DNA of 64,000 nucleotides from an uncultured Desulfobacter sp. (GTDB lineage Bacteria > Desulfobacterota > Desulfobacteria > Desulfobacterales > Desulfobacteraceae), in NCBI GenBank assembly GCA_963665095.1, contig OY762069.1, positions 4,992,001-5,056,000 on the forward strand. The letters are read 5' to 3'. How positions within the stretch are numbered: position 1 is the stretch's first letter; the number at the start of each line of letters is the position of its first letter. Shown piece by piece: positions 1-9,814 of this stretch. The notes beneath the pieces are model-generated. The model did no database searches, had not been told where the DNA came from, and worked only from the letters and a program-made list of their open reading frames with translations. The translations under genes were made by a program, and so were the position numbers.

Positions 1-1818
1 CCGGACAGTGAACCGGTCGTAAAAAGTCCTTGAAACCTGGGCGTTGAACTGGATAAACCCGTCATAGTCTTCATCGCCGTCGGTCTGACTGCCCGTGTAG
101 CTGGCACTGAAGGTACTGTGAATATCCCAGGGCAGAAGCGTATTCAGCCGGATATTGACCGTGTTGTGGGGCCGGTAAGCCAATTCCTCTCCGGTGCTTT
201 CGTCTTCGGTTTCCAGGTAATGGTATCCGATGCTGAAGTTGGTCCTCTCGTTGATATCCTGGGCCAGTTCACATTCAAACCCTTTCATGGATGATTTATC
301 CACATTCACATAAATGCGGTCTCTGCTGCCTGCTCTAAATGTTTCAGAGGTGATCAGATTGTCCACGTTGGTTTTGTAAACTGAGGCTTTAAACACCATG
401 GTGTCGGTGAAAAATTCATATCCCAGTTCAAAGGATCTGGAGGTTTCCGGCTGCAGGTCATCATTGCCGTAGACCGTAATTCCCATGGCAGAGGCCGCAT
501 AGGAGGAGGAGTTCTGGGTGACGGTGGGGGCATTAAACCCTTCTCCGTAGTTGGCTTTTATCCGGTTATGCTGTCCCAGCTTGCACAGAATACCGGCCTT
601 TGGAGACCATTCACCATTGAATTTTTCATGGTAATCATACCGGGTGCCCAGGGTAATGATGAACCATTCACCCAGGTTGATTTCGTCCTGGAAAAAGGCC
701 GAGGTGTTGTTCATGTCGTCGGAAAAATTTTTGCTGGCACTGGCAGCCAGATCATACTCTTTTTCATATTCTTGTTTTTTAAATTCTGCGCCTGCCACAA
801 TATAGTTGTTCTTCAGGCTGGCGATGTCCACCTCAGCCCTGGCCACCTTGTCGGTCAGGCCATGGGTATAGCCCCCGCTGGAGCTGGTGGTATTATAATG
901 GGAATCGGAATCCACCATATAGGCGTCCAGGTCAAGGGTCACAGAGTTGAACTCTTTGTTGTACCCAAGCGAGTAGTTCTGCCGTTCAATGTCATAGTAA
1001 AGGACATCATCAGCCTTGAGGCGGTCTTCTGTACCCCGGCCAATGGCAGCTTCAATGTACTGGGTGTCGTCTATGTCAAACTGAATTTTGGCCAGACCGT
1101 TGCGAATCTCTTTGCCTTCGATTTTGGTTTCGGTTTTGTCATCCTCATCGGCTGCCGGATCCAGATCGTTGCGCTCGGCGCTCAGGGACAAAGAGAGCCT
1201 GTCTGCAATTCTACCACCCACGGTGAGGCTTACGTCCATATAGTCGCCGCCGTCATCATTGCTGCTGCCGTATTTGACATCCACATCCCCATAGAACTTA
1301 TCTTTGCTCTTTTTCGTGACAATGTTGATGACACCGCCAATGGCCTGGGAACCGTAAATGGAACTCATGGGGCCCTTGACCACTTCAATGCGCTCTATGG
1401 CATTCATGGGAACCCAGTTATATTGAAAGTCAGAGTGGCTGATCTGGGCATCTGACCCGGACACTTTCTGGCCGTCCACCAGAATCAGGACATGGTCACT
1501 GGAAGACCCGCGGATGCTGATGCTCTGCCTGCCATCGGTAGAGGCACTGTTGACCCCGAAGCTGATTCCTGCCTGTTGCACCAGTATATCTTTGATGGAT
1601 GATGCATTGGACGCCTTGATCTCCTCGGCGGTGATGATGGTGGTGGAGACGGGGATATCGTGATCTGCCTGGTTGGACTTGGCCGTGACCACCACTTTGT
1701 TTTCCACAGCTGCCGTGTCTGCCTCATCCGCCTTCACCACTGGCAGTATTCCGGTGCCTCCTGTCCCGGTAAATATGACCATTCCGGCCACAATTAACCA
1801 TTTTTTCAATTTTTCCAT
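1..1818 (-). CDS. TonB-dependent outer membrane receptor (CirA/BtuB-like, probably heme/iron); 3' end runs off the window
   Basis: Not in the ORF track because it has no stop in the window. Manual translation from ATG 1818 (AGGAG RBS upstream) gives MEKLKKWLIVAG..., TonB-box-like VVVTA, and plug motifs ISIRG, VLILVDG and IERIEVVKGPMSSIYGSQAIGGVINIVTK. Confidence 0.92.
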   Translation of the reverse strand, partial: MEKLKKWLIVAGMVIFTGTGGTGILPVVKADEADTAAVENKVVVTAKSNQADHDIPVSTTIITAEEIKASNASSIKDILVQQAGISFGVNSASTDGRQSISIRGSSSDHVLILVDGQKVSGSDAQISHSDFQYNWVPMNAIERIEVVKGPMSSIYGSQAIGGVINIVTKKSKDKFYGDVDVKYGSSNDDGGDYMDVSLTVGGRIADRLSLSLSAERNDLDPAADEDDKTETKIEGKEIRNGLAKIQFDIDDTQYIEAAIGRGTEDRLKADDVLYYDIERQNYSLGYNKEFNSVTLDLDAYMVDSDSHYNTTSSSGGYTHGLTDKVARAEVDIASLKNNYIVAGAEFKKQEYEKEYDLAASASKNFSDDMNNTSAFFQDEINLGEWFIITLGTRYDYHEKFNGEWSPKAGILCKLGQHNRIKANYGEGFNAPTVTQNSSSYAASAMGITVYGNDDLQPETSRSFELGYEFFTDTMVFKASVYKTNVDNLITSETFRAGSRDRIYVNVDKSSMKGFECELAQDINERTNFSIGYHYLETEDESTGEELAYRPHNTVNIRLNTLLPWDIHSTFSASYTGSQTDGDEDYDGFIQFNAQVSRTFYDRFTVR

Positions 1819-1933
1819 AGGTTTTCTCCTTTCCTTTCCCCTGATTACAGATGCCTTAAACAGCAGCTTGACTGGTTGCTGAGGATCTGCTACCCAAGGG
1901 ATGTTTACCTGTTTTCCAACAGGCTTAAACCAA

Positions 1934-1976
1934 TGGAAAGGCAGGCGATACCTTGGCGGGGAACCCTGCCTTTCCA
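1934..1976. terminator. Intergenic hairpin (terminator or mRNA-stabilising stem) between flavodoxin and receptor genes
   Basis: TGGAAAGGCAGG (1934-1945) and CCTGCCTTTCCA (1965-1976) form a perfect 12-bp inverted repeat. Confidence 0.55.
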
Positions 1977-2063
1977 AGCCTTTTTTCTTCTTGTTGTTTG
2001 CTTCAGTGTGCCATCTCTCTTGAATCCATGGCGGTTCTGATTTCTACTTCCGTCCTTTTTTTA

Positions 2064-2588
2064 TCAGCTATCTGCCTTTTCTGCTGCCTTCCGGGCGATA
2101 TCGGCAAACACGGCCTTGGCGTCTGCCAGGTCCTTTTCATCCGGATGTCTGGCCGCCTCCTCAAGCCGGGCCCGGCGTTCCGGGGTCATGCTGTGGTGGG
2201 GATCATCTTTCATTTTTGTTTCCATCATCTTGACCAGGGCCGGGTCCACTTTGCCCTGGCACATGAACTCGCCAAGGACCTCATTGCCGTCAACCATCTG
2301 TTTTACCTTTTCCATGCACTGGCGGGCATGGTCGGAGTCCGGATAGGCCCCTAAGGTGCCAAACAGTCCGATTTTTTTGCCTTTGACCCCTTTCATGTAA
2401 GTGGCGGAACCGGCATTGGCTGTTCCCTTGTCCACCCAGAAGCCCAGGGCCAGGAAATCATAGCCTGCCGGGTCCGGAGCCTCTTTAGCGGAAAAGATCT
2501 CTTTGGGTTCAGGCAGGGCGTCAAATACAGCTTTAGCCACTTTTTCGGTATTGCCGGTTCTGCTGGAATAAACAACCAGGGATTTCAT
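2064..2588 (-). CDS. Flavodoxin-like protein (HmuF/BilS-type)
   Basis: FMN loop YSSRTGNTEK, GFWVDKG, FGTLGAYPDSDH, CQGK and C-terminal HPD. Lies in the hutW operon. Confidence 0.85.
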   Translation of the reverse strand: MKSLVVYSSRTGNTEKVAKAVFDALPEPKEIFSAKEAPDPAGYDFLALGFWVDKGTANAGSATYMKGVKGKKIGLFGTLGAYPDSDHARQCMEKVKQMVDGNEVLGEFMCQGKVDPALVKMMETKMKDDPHHSMTPERRARLEEAARHPDEKDLADAKAVFADIARKAAEKADS

Positions 2589-2603
2589 GCAGGCGTTCTC
2601 CTT

Positions 2604-4010
2604 TCATGATAAGGGCATGGACAGGGCACAGTCACAGGCCATGTCCATCAGTTCAATGTCATGGGTGATCACAAGGACACAGGTTCCCTTCCGGGCCATC
2701 TCCTTCATCACATGGGCGATAATTTTCATATTGGTGCCGTCCAGACCGCTGGTGGGTTCGTCAAGGATCAGGATGTCCGGGTCTTTTACCAGAGCTGCGG
2801 CAATGACCAGCCGCTGCTTCTGGCCGCCGGACAGGGACTGGGGATGCCGGCTGGCAAACGCGTCAAGGCCAAATCTGGACAATGTTTCCGGCACCGCTGT
2901 GTCGCCATGGGGATTATGCCGTGCCGCCACAGTCAGTTCCTGCTGCACGGTTTTCATGTGCAGCTGGTGATCCGTGTTCTGCAGTACAATACTGCCCCGT
3001 GCCAGAAGGTCTTTGGGCCACAGCCGGTTTCCGTTGATACGGATGGTGCCGGTTTTTAACGGCAGAAGACCGGTTAAAAGTCTTGCCAGCGTTGTTTTTC
3101 CGGTGCCGTTGGCCCCGGTTATGGCAATCACCCGGCCCCGGGGCAGGTCAAAGGAGACATTCGTGAACAGCCGGGGCTTTTTTTTGTATCCAAAGGTCAG
3201 GTTTTCAACTGTGATGCGGTTGCCTGCATCGGCTCCAGGGGTACTGCAGGTTTTTGCTTCAGGCAGACAGGGCTCTGTGACATGGGTTTTGCGAAGGCCT
3301 AAGTCCGGTCTATGATCCGGGGCATCCAGAATATTAAAACTGCCTTTGTCCACCAGGCGTCCCTGGTCCAGAACAAGGACCTTGTCCACAAGGTTCTTCA
3401 GCCAGTAAAGCCGGTGGTCCACAATGAACAGGGTAATGCCCTGCTGTTTAAGCGCCAGAAGATGGGCGGCCAGTTCCCGGGTTGCGTCAGGATCCAGATT
3501 GGCAGAAGGTTCGTCCAGAATGATGATTTTGGGAGAGACGCACATGATACCTGCCAGGGCCAGTTTCTGTTTCTCGCCCTGGGAAAGGTCAAATATCATG
3601 TTGTTCATCAGGTGGGTGATATTGAACTTCTCCGCTTCCCGGGTCGTGGCCGTTTCGATTTTTTCAAGGGAGAGGCCCCGGCACTCCAGGGCAAATTTAA
3701 GTTCATCCGCAGCCCGCAAGGCAAAAAACTGGGACTCAGGGTCCTGGAACATGGTGCCCACAAAAGAGGAGAGGGCCTTGACCGAACTCTTACAGGTCTC
3801 TTTCCCTCCCACACGCAGGCCGCCCTGCAGTGCCCCCTTGTGAAAATGGGGGCAAAGTCCGTTAATCAGGCGGATCAGGGTTGATTTACCCGAGCCGCTG
3901 GCCCCGGTGCAGACCACTGCCTCTCCCCGGGCCACGGTAAAAGAGATATCGGTTACGGCCGGCAGATCCTGGAAGGGATAGGTATAAGAGACCCGGTTAA
4001 AATTAATCAT
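2604..4010 (-). CDS. ECF transporter duplicated ATPase (A-A' fusion)
   Basis: Two ABC domains: GASGSGKST/LSQGEKQ/ILDEP and GANGTGKTT/LSGGQKQ/ILDEP. Confidence 0.92.
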   Translation of the reverse strand: MINFNRVSYTYPFQDLPAVTDISFTVARGEAVVCTGASGSGKSTLIRLINGLCPHFHKGALQGGLRVGGKETCKSSVKALSSFVGTMFQDPESQFFALRAADELKFALECRGLSLEKIETATTREAEKFNITHLMNNMIFDLSQGEKQKLALAGIMCVSPKIIILDEPSANLDPDATRELAAHLLALKQQGITLFIVDHRLYWLKNLVDKVLVLDQGRLVDKGSFNILDAPDHRPDLGLRKTHVTEPCLPEAKTCSTPGADAGNRITVENLTFGYKKKPRLFTNVSFDLPRGRVIAITGANGTGKTTLARLLTGLLPLKTGTIRINGNRLWPKDLLARGSIVLQNTDHQLHMKTVQQELTVAARHNPHGDTAVPETLSRFGLDAFASRHPQSLSGGQKQRLVIAAALVKDPDILILDEPTSGLDGTNMKIIAHVMKEMARKGTCVLVITHDIELMDMACDCALSMPLS

Positions 4011-4741
4011 AACAGTCTTTCCACGGCAATGCTGCCTATAATGAGCACTAACACAGACACGGCAGTCGCCATATCCCGGATCCCGGGGACGGGGGCTTTT
4101 ATCCGGGTCATGGGCGTTGCCGCATCCATCCCTTTCAACTCTGCCGCCACTGCCAGGGTATCAGCCGACCGCAGTGCCCGGATGGTCAGGGGCACCACCA
4201 GCAGACGGACCGCCAGAAAGGGATGAAACGTAACAAAGGTAATTCCCGGAGAGAATCCTCTGATCTGCATGCTTTCCCGGATCAATTTGACGTCATTGAT
4301 AAATTCCGGAATAAAGCGGACCATCACTGCGGCCGGCAGATAGAGGACAAAGGGCAGGCCAAAGGATTTCAGGCTGGTCATCACATCCTGGATCCGGCTG
4401 GAGACAGCCAGGGCCAGAATGGTATTCACCAGAACCACCACCCGCAGAAACGGGTTGAAAAAAGCCCCCAGACCAGCCTCTGATATGCTGGGCCAGAAGA
4501 TCAGCATGATCCGGACACAGCCCATGGCCATGGCAAACATCAGGGCCACAGCACACCAGGCCACGGCCAGTACTTTGACCCGGCCGTGGGCCAGGGCATA
4601 ACCGGCACTGACAACGGCCAGAATCCCCAAGGCCGGTGAGGACTCAATAAAGATAATCCCCACAGAGCTGACCAGGCAGACCAGCATCCGGGTCCGGATG
4701 TCCAGAAAAGATGACGGGTTATTCGCGGATGACACCGGCAT
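4007..4741 (-). CDS. ECF transporter transmembrane component T
   Basis: LDIRTR start, hydrophobic helices, RFIP, SMQIRG and AELKG coupling motifs. Confidence 0.9.
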   Translation of the reverse strand: MPVSSANNPSSFLDIRTRMLVCLVSSVGIIFIESSPALGILAVVSAGYALAHGRVKVLAVAWCAVALMFAMAMGCVRIMLIFWPSISEAGLGAFFNPFLRVVVLVNTILALAVSSRIQDVMTSLKSFGLPFVLYLPAAVMVRFIPEFINDVKLIRESMQIRGFSPGITFVTFHPFLAVRLLVVPLTIRALRSADTLAVAAELKGMDAATPMTRIKAPVPGIRDMATAVSVLVLIIGSIAVERLL

Positions 4742-5258
4742 GGCGCAGCTCCTTTACAAATAAAAGGCCCGTGCCAAGACCGGCCAGGCATCCCATATAC
4801 CCCAGGGCCACCACAATGGCGCCCATGACAAACATGCCCGTCTCTTCCCTGTACAGAAAATAGGAATAGCCAAGACTGATGCCCCGGGAGAGAAAATCAT
4901 ACACGGCAATGCCGAAAATCAGCCTGAATGGCTTTTGAAAACCCTGAAACGGTGCGATCAGTGCATCACACAGTATGCCGGCCACAATGACGCCGATAAT
5001 GGTCATGGGGTTGCCGCCCATGAGCAGGAGTGACACCAGGCAGTTGATCAGGGAGAAGAGCGTGAGTACCCCGAATTTTCTGATTTTGTATACCAGGATG
5101 ATGAGAAGCGAGGTGGCCACGGTGTTTTTCAGCACCAGGGTCACCGGATTCATCCCGCCGCCCGCCAGGGCAATGAGCATGGTGGAAATTTTGATCAGTC
5201 CGGTAAAGGTCCCGATAAGGATCAGTTCGGACGGAGCCCAGTAGTTGGCGGAAAGCAT
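4719..5258 (-). CDS. ECF transporter S component (MptD-like)
   Basis: About 180 aa polytopic membrane protein between hutW and ecfT. Start moved to ATG 5258 (MLSANYW), just after the hutW stop. Confidence 0.75.
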   Translation of the reverse strand: MLSANYWAPSELILIGTFTGLIKISTMLIALAGGGMNPVTLVLKNTVATSLLIILVYKIRKFGVLTLFSLINCLVSLLLMGGNPMTIIGVIVAGILCDALIAPFQGFQKPFRLIFGIAVYDFLSRGISLGYSYFLYREETGMFVMGAIVVALGYMGCLAGLGTGLLFVKELRHAGVIRE

Positions 5259-5260
5259 TT

Positions 5261-6661
5261 TCACGGGCGTGTTCTCCTGGTTTCTGCAAAGTAGTCGATC
5301 ATCCCCTGGGCAATATTGGTCTGCCAGAACTGGCCGGCCAGGGTCAGGGTGATCCAGCCCTCCTCCCGGGTGATCAGGCCTGCCGTTTCCCACTGGTCCA
5401 GAAGCGGGGCAAATATGCTTTCCAGGTCCAGGTTGAGTTTTCTGCCGGCACCAGACAGGTCCATGGCCCCAAGTTCCAGGCTGCCGGAGATATGCCGGAT
5501 CAGGTCGTTGTATGGGGAGGGCGTCATGATGCGCATGACCGGCTTGGTTGATCCAGCCATGTCAAGATAGCCGGCAAGGTCACCGTTCAGGAAGACCATA
5601 TGCCCGTTGACGCAGCCCCCGGCCCCGGACCCGTATGCCAGGCAGTCTGTTTTTTCCTTCATGGCCAGATTATACCGGTTGCGCTCCCGGAAATCTCGGC
5701 CCCAGTGGCTGATGGAGAGCCGCTGGTACCTGGCCCGGGTCATCAGCTCTACGCCCCGCTTAAACATATGGGCCCGCTGGACCTGATCCGCCAGGAATTT
5801 AAAGCGGCCGGCCCTGGCTGCCTGGTCAAGGGTGCCGCCGGGGAAGCGGATGAGCTGATACAGGTCCACCCCGTCCAGATCCAGGTCCAGGAAGGTGGCA
5901 ATATCATCCTCCCAGCATGCCATGGTCTGTTCGGGCAGCCCGAAAATCAGGTCAATGATGATGGCCGCATGGTTGGTCTGTTTCAGGCGCAGGAGCCGAT
6001 CCACAACCCTCTTTTTATCCGCCACCCGGCCCATGCTTTTACGAATGGCCGTGTCAAAGGTCTGAACCCCCAGTGAGAAGCGGTTGGCCCCGCCTTCAAG
6101 GCAGGCCTCTATTTTTTCATCGGTGAGGTCACAGATCCGTCCCTCCACTGTAATTTCACAGTCATTGGCCAAGGGAATGCACTGGCGCAGCGTCTCAAGG
6201 AGTTGTTTCAGATCCCTGGGCGGCAGGGCTGTTGGCGTGCCGCCGCCTAAGTAGACAGCATTGACCGGAAGACTTTGCACCAGGGGCAGATTCCGGTCTG
6301 CCTCAATTTCCCGGATCAGAGCGCCGGCATATATTTTTAAGTTGTCCTCCCGGGCCGGATTGGAGAAAAAACCGCAGTAAAGGCAATGGGTGCTGCAAAA
6401 GGGAATATGAATATACGCAGCTGTTTTTTCCGTGCGCTGAAAATCTGCAAGGCCGGCCCAGACCCTGGCGGTTTGTTCATCCGGTACCGGAGATCCGCCA
6501 AGACCGGCATGGACCACGGCTTTTTTTTTAAATGCCCCTGTCAGGGGGGTGTCACAGATTTCTGCAAAATAGGGGCGGTCTGACAAATTGCCGCCGAATG
6601 TCTCCATCAGTTTGAGTTTGGCATTGGCATTTGGCCTGGCCTGGCTGGTTTCCTGTTTCAT
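5261..6661 (-). CDS. hutW: Anaerobic heme-degrading radical SAM methyltransferase, ChuW/HutW family
   Basis: YIHIPFCSTHCLYCGF (CxxxCxxC), YLGGGTPT, CEITVEGR, DLIFGLP, SHW..RERNRYN and LTLAGQFW. Start uncertain (6661 or 6607). Confidence 0.85.
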   Translation of the reverse strand: MKQETSQARPNANAKLKLMETFGGNLSDRPYFAEICDTPLTGAFKKKAVVHAGLGGSPVPDEQTARVWAGLADFQRTEKTAAYIHIPFCSTHCLYCGFFSNPAREDNLKIYAGALIREIEADRNLPLVQSLPVNAVYLGGGTPTALPPRDLKQLLETLRQCIPLANDCEITVEGRICDLTDEKIEACLEGGANRFSLGVQTFDTAIRKSMGRVADKKRVVDRLLRLKQTNHAAIIIDLIFGLPEQTMACWEDDIATFLDLDLDGVDLYQLIRFPGGTLDQAARAGRFKFLADQVQRAHMFKRGVELMTRARYQRLSISHWGRDFRERNRYNLAMKEKTDCLAYGSGAGGCVNGHMVFLNGDLAGYLDMAGSTKPVMRIMTPSPYNDLIRHISGSLELGAMDLSGAGRKLNLDLESIFAPLLDQWETAGLITREEGWITLTLAGQFWQTNIAQGMIDYFAETRRTRP

Positions 6662-6736
6662 GGATGTGGCTGGAACTCCTTTTTGAATGTTCAATCGGAA
6701 AAGAGTTAATGTTTTTCTGTATCCAACTGGGAAAGT

Positions 6737-6765
6737 CATCTATAGCAAACTATTTTTTGTGTCAA
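6737..6765 (-). promoter_or_regulatory. Candidate sigma70 promoter for the hutW operon
   Basis: TTGACA on the minus strand (6765-6760), followed by TGCTATAGAT; spacing is non-ideal. AT-rich divergent spacer. Confidence 0.4.
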
Positions 6766-7020
6766 GTTAATTCTGGGTTACTGATTCAAAATTTGTCCAT
6801 ACTAAATAGATATGTTTAATAGATTTTTTTAGTTGAAGCTTAATATATTTTAATATATATAATTCTTTTCGTAAGGGAGGCTTTGGCCCGTCAGGGGACG
6901 GGCATTGATTGCCTCCGGCCTTTTTGCGTCTTTACAACCGTGGTCTGGCTTATAATAAAGGTCGCCTGGCCCTAAGAAAGGAAGATGCGTTTTTACACTG
7001 ACAGTAAAGGAGGTTAACGC

Positions 7021-7803
7021 TTGTACAAACCCTGCTGGATATTCTGTATGGCCTTCATGGCCGGTCTGGCGTTTCCGGATCCGGGAAGCGCACTTGCCGA
7101 AGAAACACCCATAAGTACTGTGATCAGAGAAGATGTTAACCAGACCATGGCGGTGGAAAAAAAAGTTCAGGATATGAAAACCCAATGGTCTGGAGAGTCC
7201 AAGGCACTGGCGGACAAGCGTAAGACGCTGGAAGCCAGCGTTGCGGATCTTGAAAACCATCTGGAAAAGATAACCCTGCGTCTTGATCTGGAAACCGCCC
7301 GGCATGAGGAGAATCTTCGACGGGAAAAGGAGATGGCACGGGTTCAGGCGGAACTGGCCGTGTTCCTGGATGGGGTATTGTCCCGGCTGGAAGCATTTGT
7401 GCGGTCAGATTTGCCGTTTTTAACAAAAGAGCGCCACGCCCGGCTGACGGCGTTGAAAATAATGATGGTGGACCCGCAGATCTCTTCGGCAGAAAAATTC
7501 CGGCGCATATTTGAGGCGCTTCAGATTGAGACCGAGTACGGCATTAGTGTGGAATCGACCCAGGCCACGGTGACACTGGACCAGGTGGATGTCCTGGTGG
7601 ATCTGCTCCGCCTGGGCCGGGTATCTCTTTTCTGTCAGGCCATAGACGGGAAAAAAAGCGCGGTATTTGATCCGGCCCAAAAGACCTGGCAGACCCTGCC
7701 TGAAGGGGTGAACCGCGACCTGTCCCGGGCCATTGCCATGGCCCGTCTGGAAAGAAGTATTGAACTGGTTAAACTGCCATTGGGAAGGATTGCGGCACAA
7801 TGA
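7021..7803 (+). CDS. DUF3450 family periplasmic coiled-coil protein (TonB-system accessory)
   Basis: AAGGAGG RBS before TTG, signal peptide, DLPF..ER..R, AEKFRRIFEALQIE.EYG, LRLGRV and LVKLP. Confidence 0.85.
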   Translation: MYKPCWIFCMAFMAGLAFPDPGSALAEETPISTVIREDVNQTMAVEKKVQDMKTQWSGESKALADKRKTLEASVADLENHLEKITLRLDLETARHEENLRREKEMARVQAELAVFLDGVLSRLEAFVRSDLPFLTKERHARLTALKIMMVDPQISSAEKFRRIFEALQIETEYGISVESTQATVTLDQVDVLVDLLRLGRVSLFCQAIDGKKSAVFDPAQKTWQTLPEGVNRDLSRAIAMARLERSIELVKLPLGRIAAQ

Positions 7804-9209
7804 AATTTTTTGTACATCTGACAGCTTTGATGGTGGTTTGGGGCCTGCTTTCTGCTGCACCGGAACCGGTTCAGGCCAGAGATTTGCGGCAGGCAGCCGT
7901 GGATGCCAGAAAGCAGCTGGAGGCCTCCCGGGAAAAAGACCGGGCCGTGCGTATGCAGATTCAGACAGACAAGGCCTGGCTTACCCGGGAACTGGAACGG
8001 CTGAACGCCAGAGTGGCAGCCCTGACATCCGAGGTGGAAGATAAAACCGGGCAGGTTAATGAACTGGCTGCAAAAAATGCCCGACTGGATGAGGAAACCA
8101 CCCTGCGCCAGGCCCAGCTCAATGAGCTCTCCGGCGCGGTCCGGGTGGCGGCGGGCAGCCTTAACGCCCTGCTTGCCGCCTCCCCCTATACGGCCCGGGA
8201 ACCGGACCGCCTGGCAGGCCTTGCCGCCATTCTGGATACCAGCCGTTTTCCCGGCATCGACGATATGTCTGCGGTGGCAGACCTTTTTCTGGAAGAGATG
8301 CATCTTAACGGCGGCATTGATATTCAGACCATGCCTTTTATTTCAGATACCGGGGAGACGGTTGAAGGCCGTGTGCTGAGCCTGGGCGGATTTACCTGGG
8401 CCTATGAACAGGAAAATAAATCAGGTTTTCTGGAGTACTCCCAGGACGCCAAAAAGCTATATGCCCTGTCTGCCCAGCCACCCAAGCGCATGCGCCGGAA
8501 TCTGGAAAACTACATGAACGGTCGCACAGACAGTGTGTACATTGATATTTCCCGGGGCGGGGCTTTGAAACAGATCACCCATCAGCAGACCCTGAAAGAC
8601 CAGATCGAAAAGGGCGGGGTCCTGGTCTGGCCCATCCTGGCTTTAGGGGTTCTGGCCGTTATCATCGGTATTGAGCGCACCCTGTTTTTAAGCCGGGTTC
8701 ATGCCAATACGGATAAGGTCATGGGCCGGGTGAACGCGCTGGCCGCCAAAGGGGAGTGGGACGCCTGCAGCAGCATGGTGGGCAAAAAGAAAATCCCTGT
8801 TTACAATGTGCTCCGGGCAGGACTCAACGCCAAGGACGAAAACCGGGAAACCCTGGAAAGTGTGCTCCAGGAGTCCATTTTAAAGGAGATGCCCCGGCTT
8901 GAACGGTTCCTGCCCATGCTCAACATCATGGGGGCCATTGCTCCGCTTTTAGGGCTTTTGGGTACGGTCACCGGCATGATCTCCACCTTCCATGTCATCA
9001 CGCTGTACGGCACCGGTGATCCCAGGATGATGTCCGGGGGCATTTCCACAGCCCTTGTCACCACCATGTTGGGGCTGGCCGTGGCCATTCCCATTATGCT
9101 GGAGTATACCTTTCTGCGCCGGCAGGTGGCCCATGTTATCGGCGATATGGAGGAAAAGGCGGTGGCGCTGACAAATATTGTCTTCAGAGAGGCCCGGTTC
9201 CAATGCTGA
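7800..9209 (+). CDS. MotA/TolQ/ExbB proton channel protein with long periplasmic N-terminus (TtpC-like)
   Basis: Signal peptide, coiled coil, GG.LVWPI, APLLGLLGTVTGMI.TF and GGISTALVTT. Confidence 0.9.
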   Translation: MKFFVHLTALMVVWGLLSAAPEPVQARDLRQAAVDARKQLEASREKDRAVRMQIQTDKAWLTRELERLNARVAALTSEVEDKTGQVNELAAKNARLDEETTLRQAQLNELSGAVRVAAGSLNALLAASPYTAREPDRLAGLAAILDTSRFPGIDDMSAVADLFLEEMHLNGGIDIQTMPFISDTGETVEGRVLSLGGFTWAYEQENKSGFLEYSQDAKKLYALSAQPPKRMRRNLENYMNGRTDSVYIDISRGGALKQITHQQTLKDQIEKGGVLVWPILALGVLAVIIGIERTLFLSRVHANTDKVMGRVNALAAKGEWDACSSMVGKKKIPVYNVLRAGLNAKDENRETLESVLQESILKEMPRLERFLPMLNIMGAIAPLLGLLGTVTGMISTFHVITLYGTGDPRMMSGGISTALVTTMLGLAVAIPIMLEYTFLRRQVAHVIGDMEEKAVALTNIVFREARFQC

Positions 9210-9814
9210 CAGACCTGGTTTCAGATACCCTGGCATATCTGGGCCAGGGGGGCACTGTTATGGTGCCGCTGATTCTGTGCTCCTTTATGATGTGGACACT
9301 GATTCTGGAACGGATACTCTTTTTTTTCCGTCTGGAGCAAAAGGATATTGCCCTGCATGCCCTGGTGCGGGTCCTGGACAGGGATCCGGCATCCAGGTGC
9401 CTGGTGCCGTCACAGGCCAGGGGGCCCAGGGCTCATATGGTCCGCTACCTTCTGGAAAGGCGCACCCACGATGCCTTTCTGGATAAACGGCTGGTGGATC
9501 AGTGTGTCATGTCCATGACCCCCGGTCTTGAGCGCTATCTTGCCGCCATTGCGGTGCTGGCCGCTGTGGCGCCTTTGTTCGGGCTGCTGGGCACGGTTAC
9601 CGGCATGATTACCACCTTTGACGTCATTACCCTGTTTGGCACGGGCAATGCCAAAGCCATGGCCGGCGGCATTTCAGAGGCTTTGGTCACCACCCAGAGC
9701 GGCCTTGTGGTGTCCATCCCCGGTTTTTTTATGAGCGCCCTGCTGTTCCGCCGGTCCGCCGCCGTAAAAAACCGCCTGGAAGAAGCAGCCATGATTCTGA
9801 AAAGGAGACTGTAA
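9203..9814 (+). CDS. exbB: ExbB/TolQ proton channel protein
   Basis: APLFGLLGTVTGMITTF and AGGISEALVTTQSGL. Confidence 0.9.
   Translation: MLTDLVSDTLAYLGQGGTVMVPLILCSFMMWTLILERILFFFRLEQKDIALHALVRVLDRDPASRCLVPSQARGPRAHMVRYLLERRTHDAFLDKRLVDQCVMSMTPGLERYLAAIAVLAAVAPLFGLLGTVTGMITTFDVITLFGTGNAKAMAGGISEALVTTQSGLVVSIPGFFMSALLFRRSAAVKNRLEEAAMILKRRL

Noticed and set aside
568..1455. 295-aa plus-strand ORF
   Set aside because: Antisense shadow of the TonB-dependent receptor, which has clear motifs on the minus strand.
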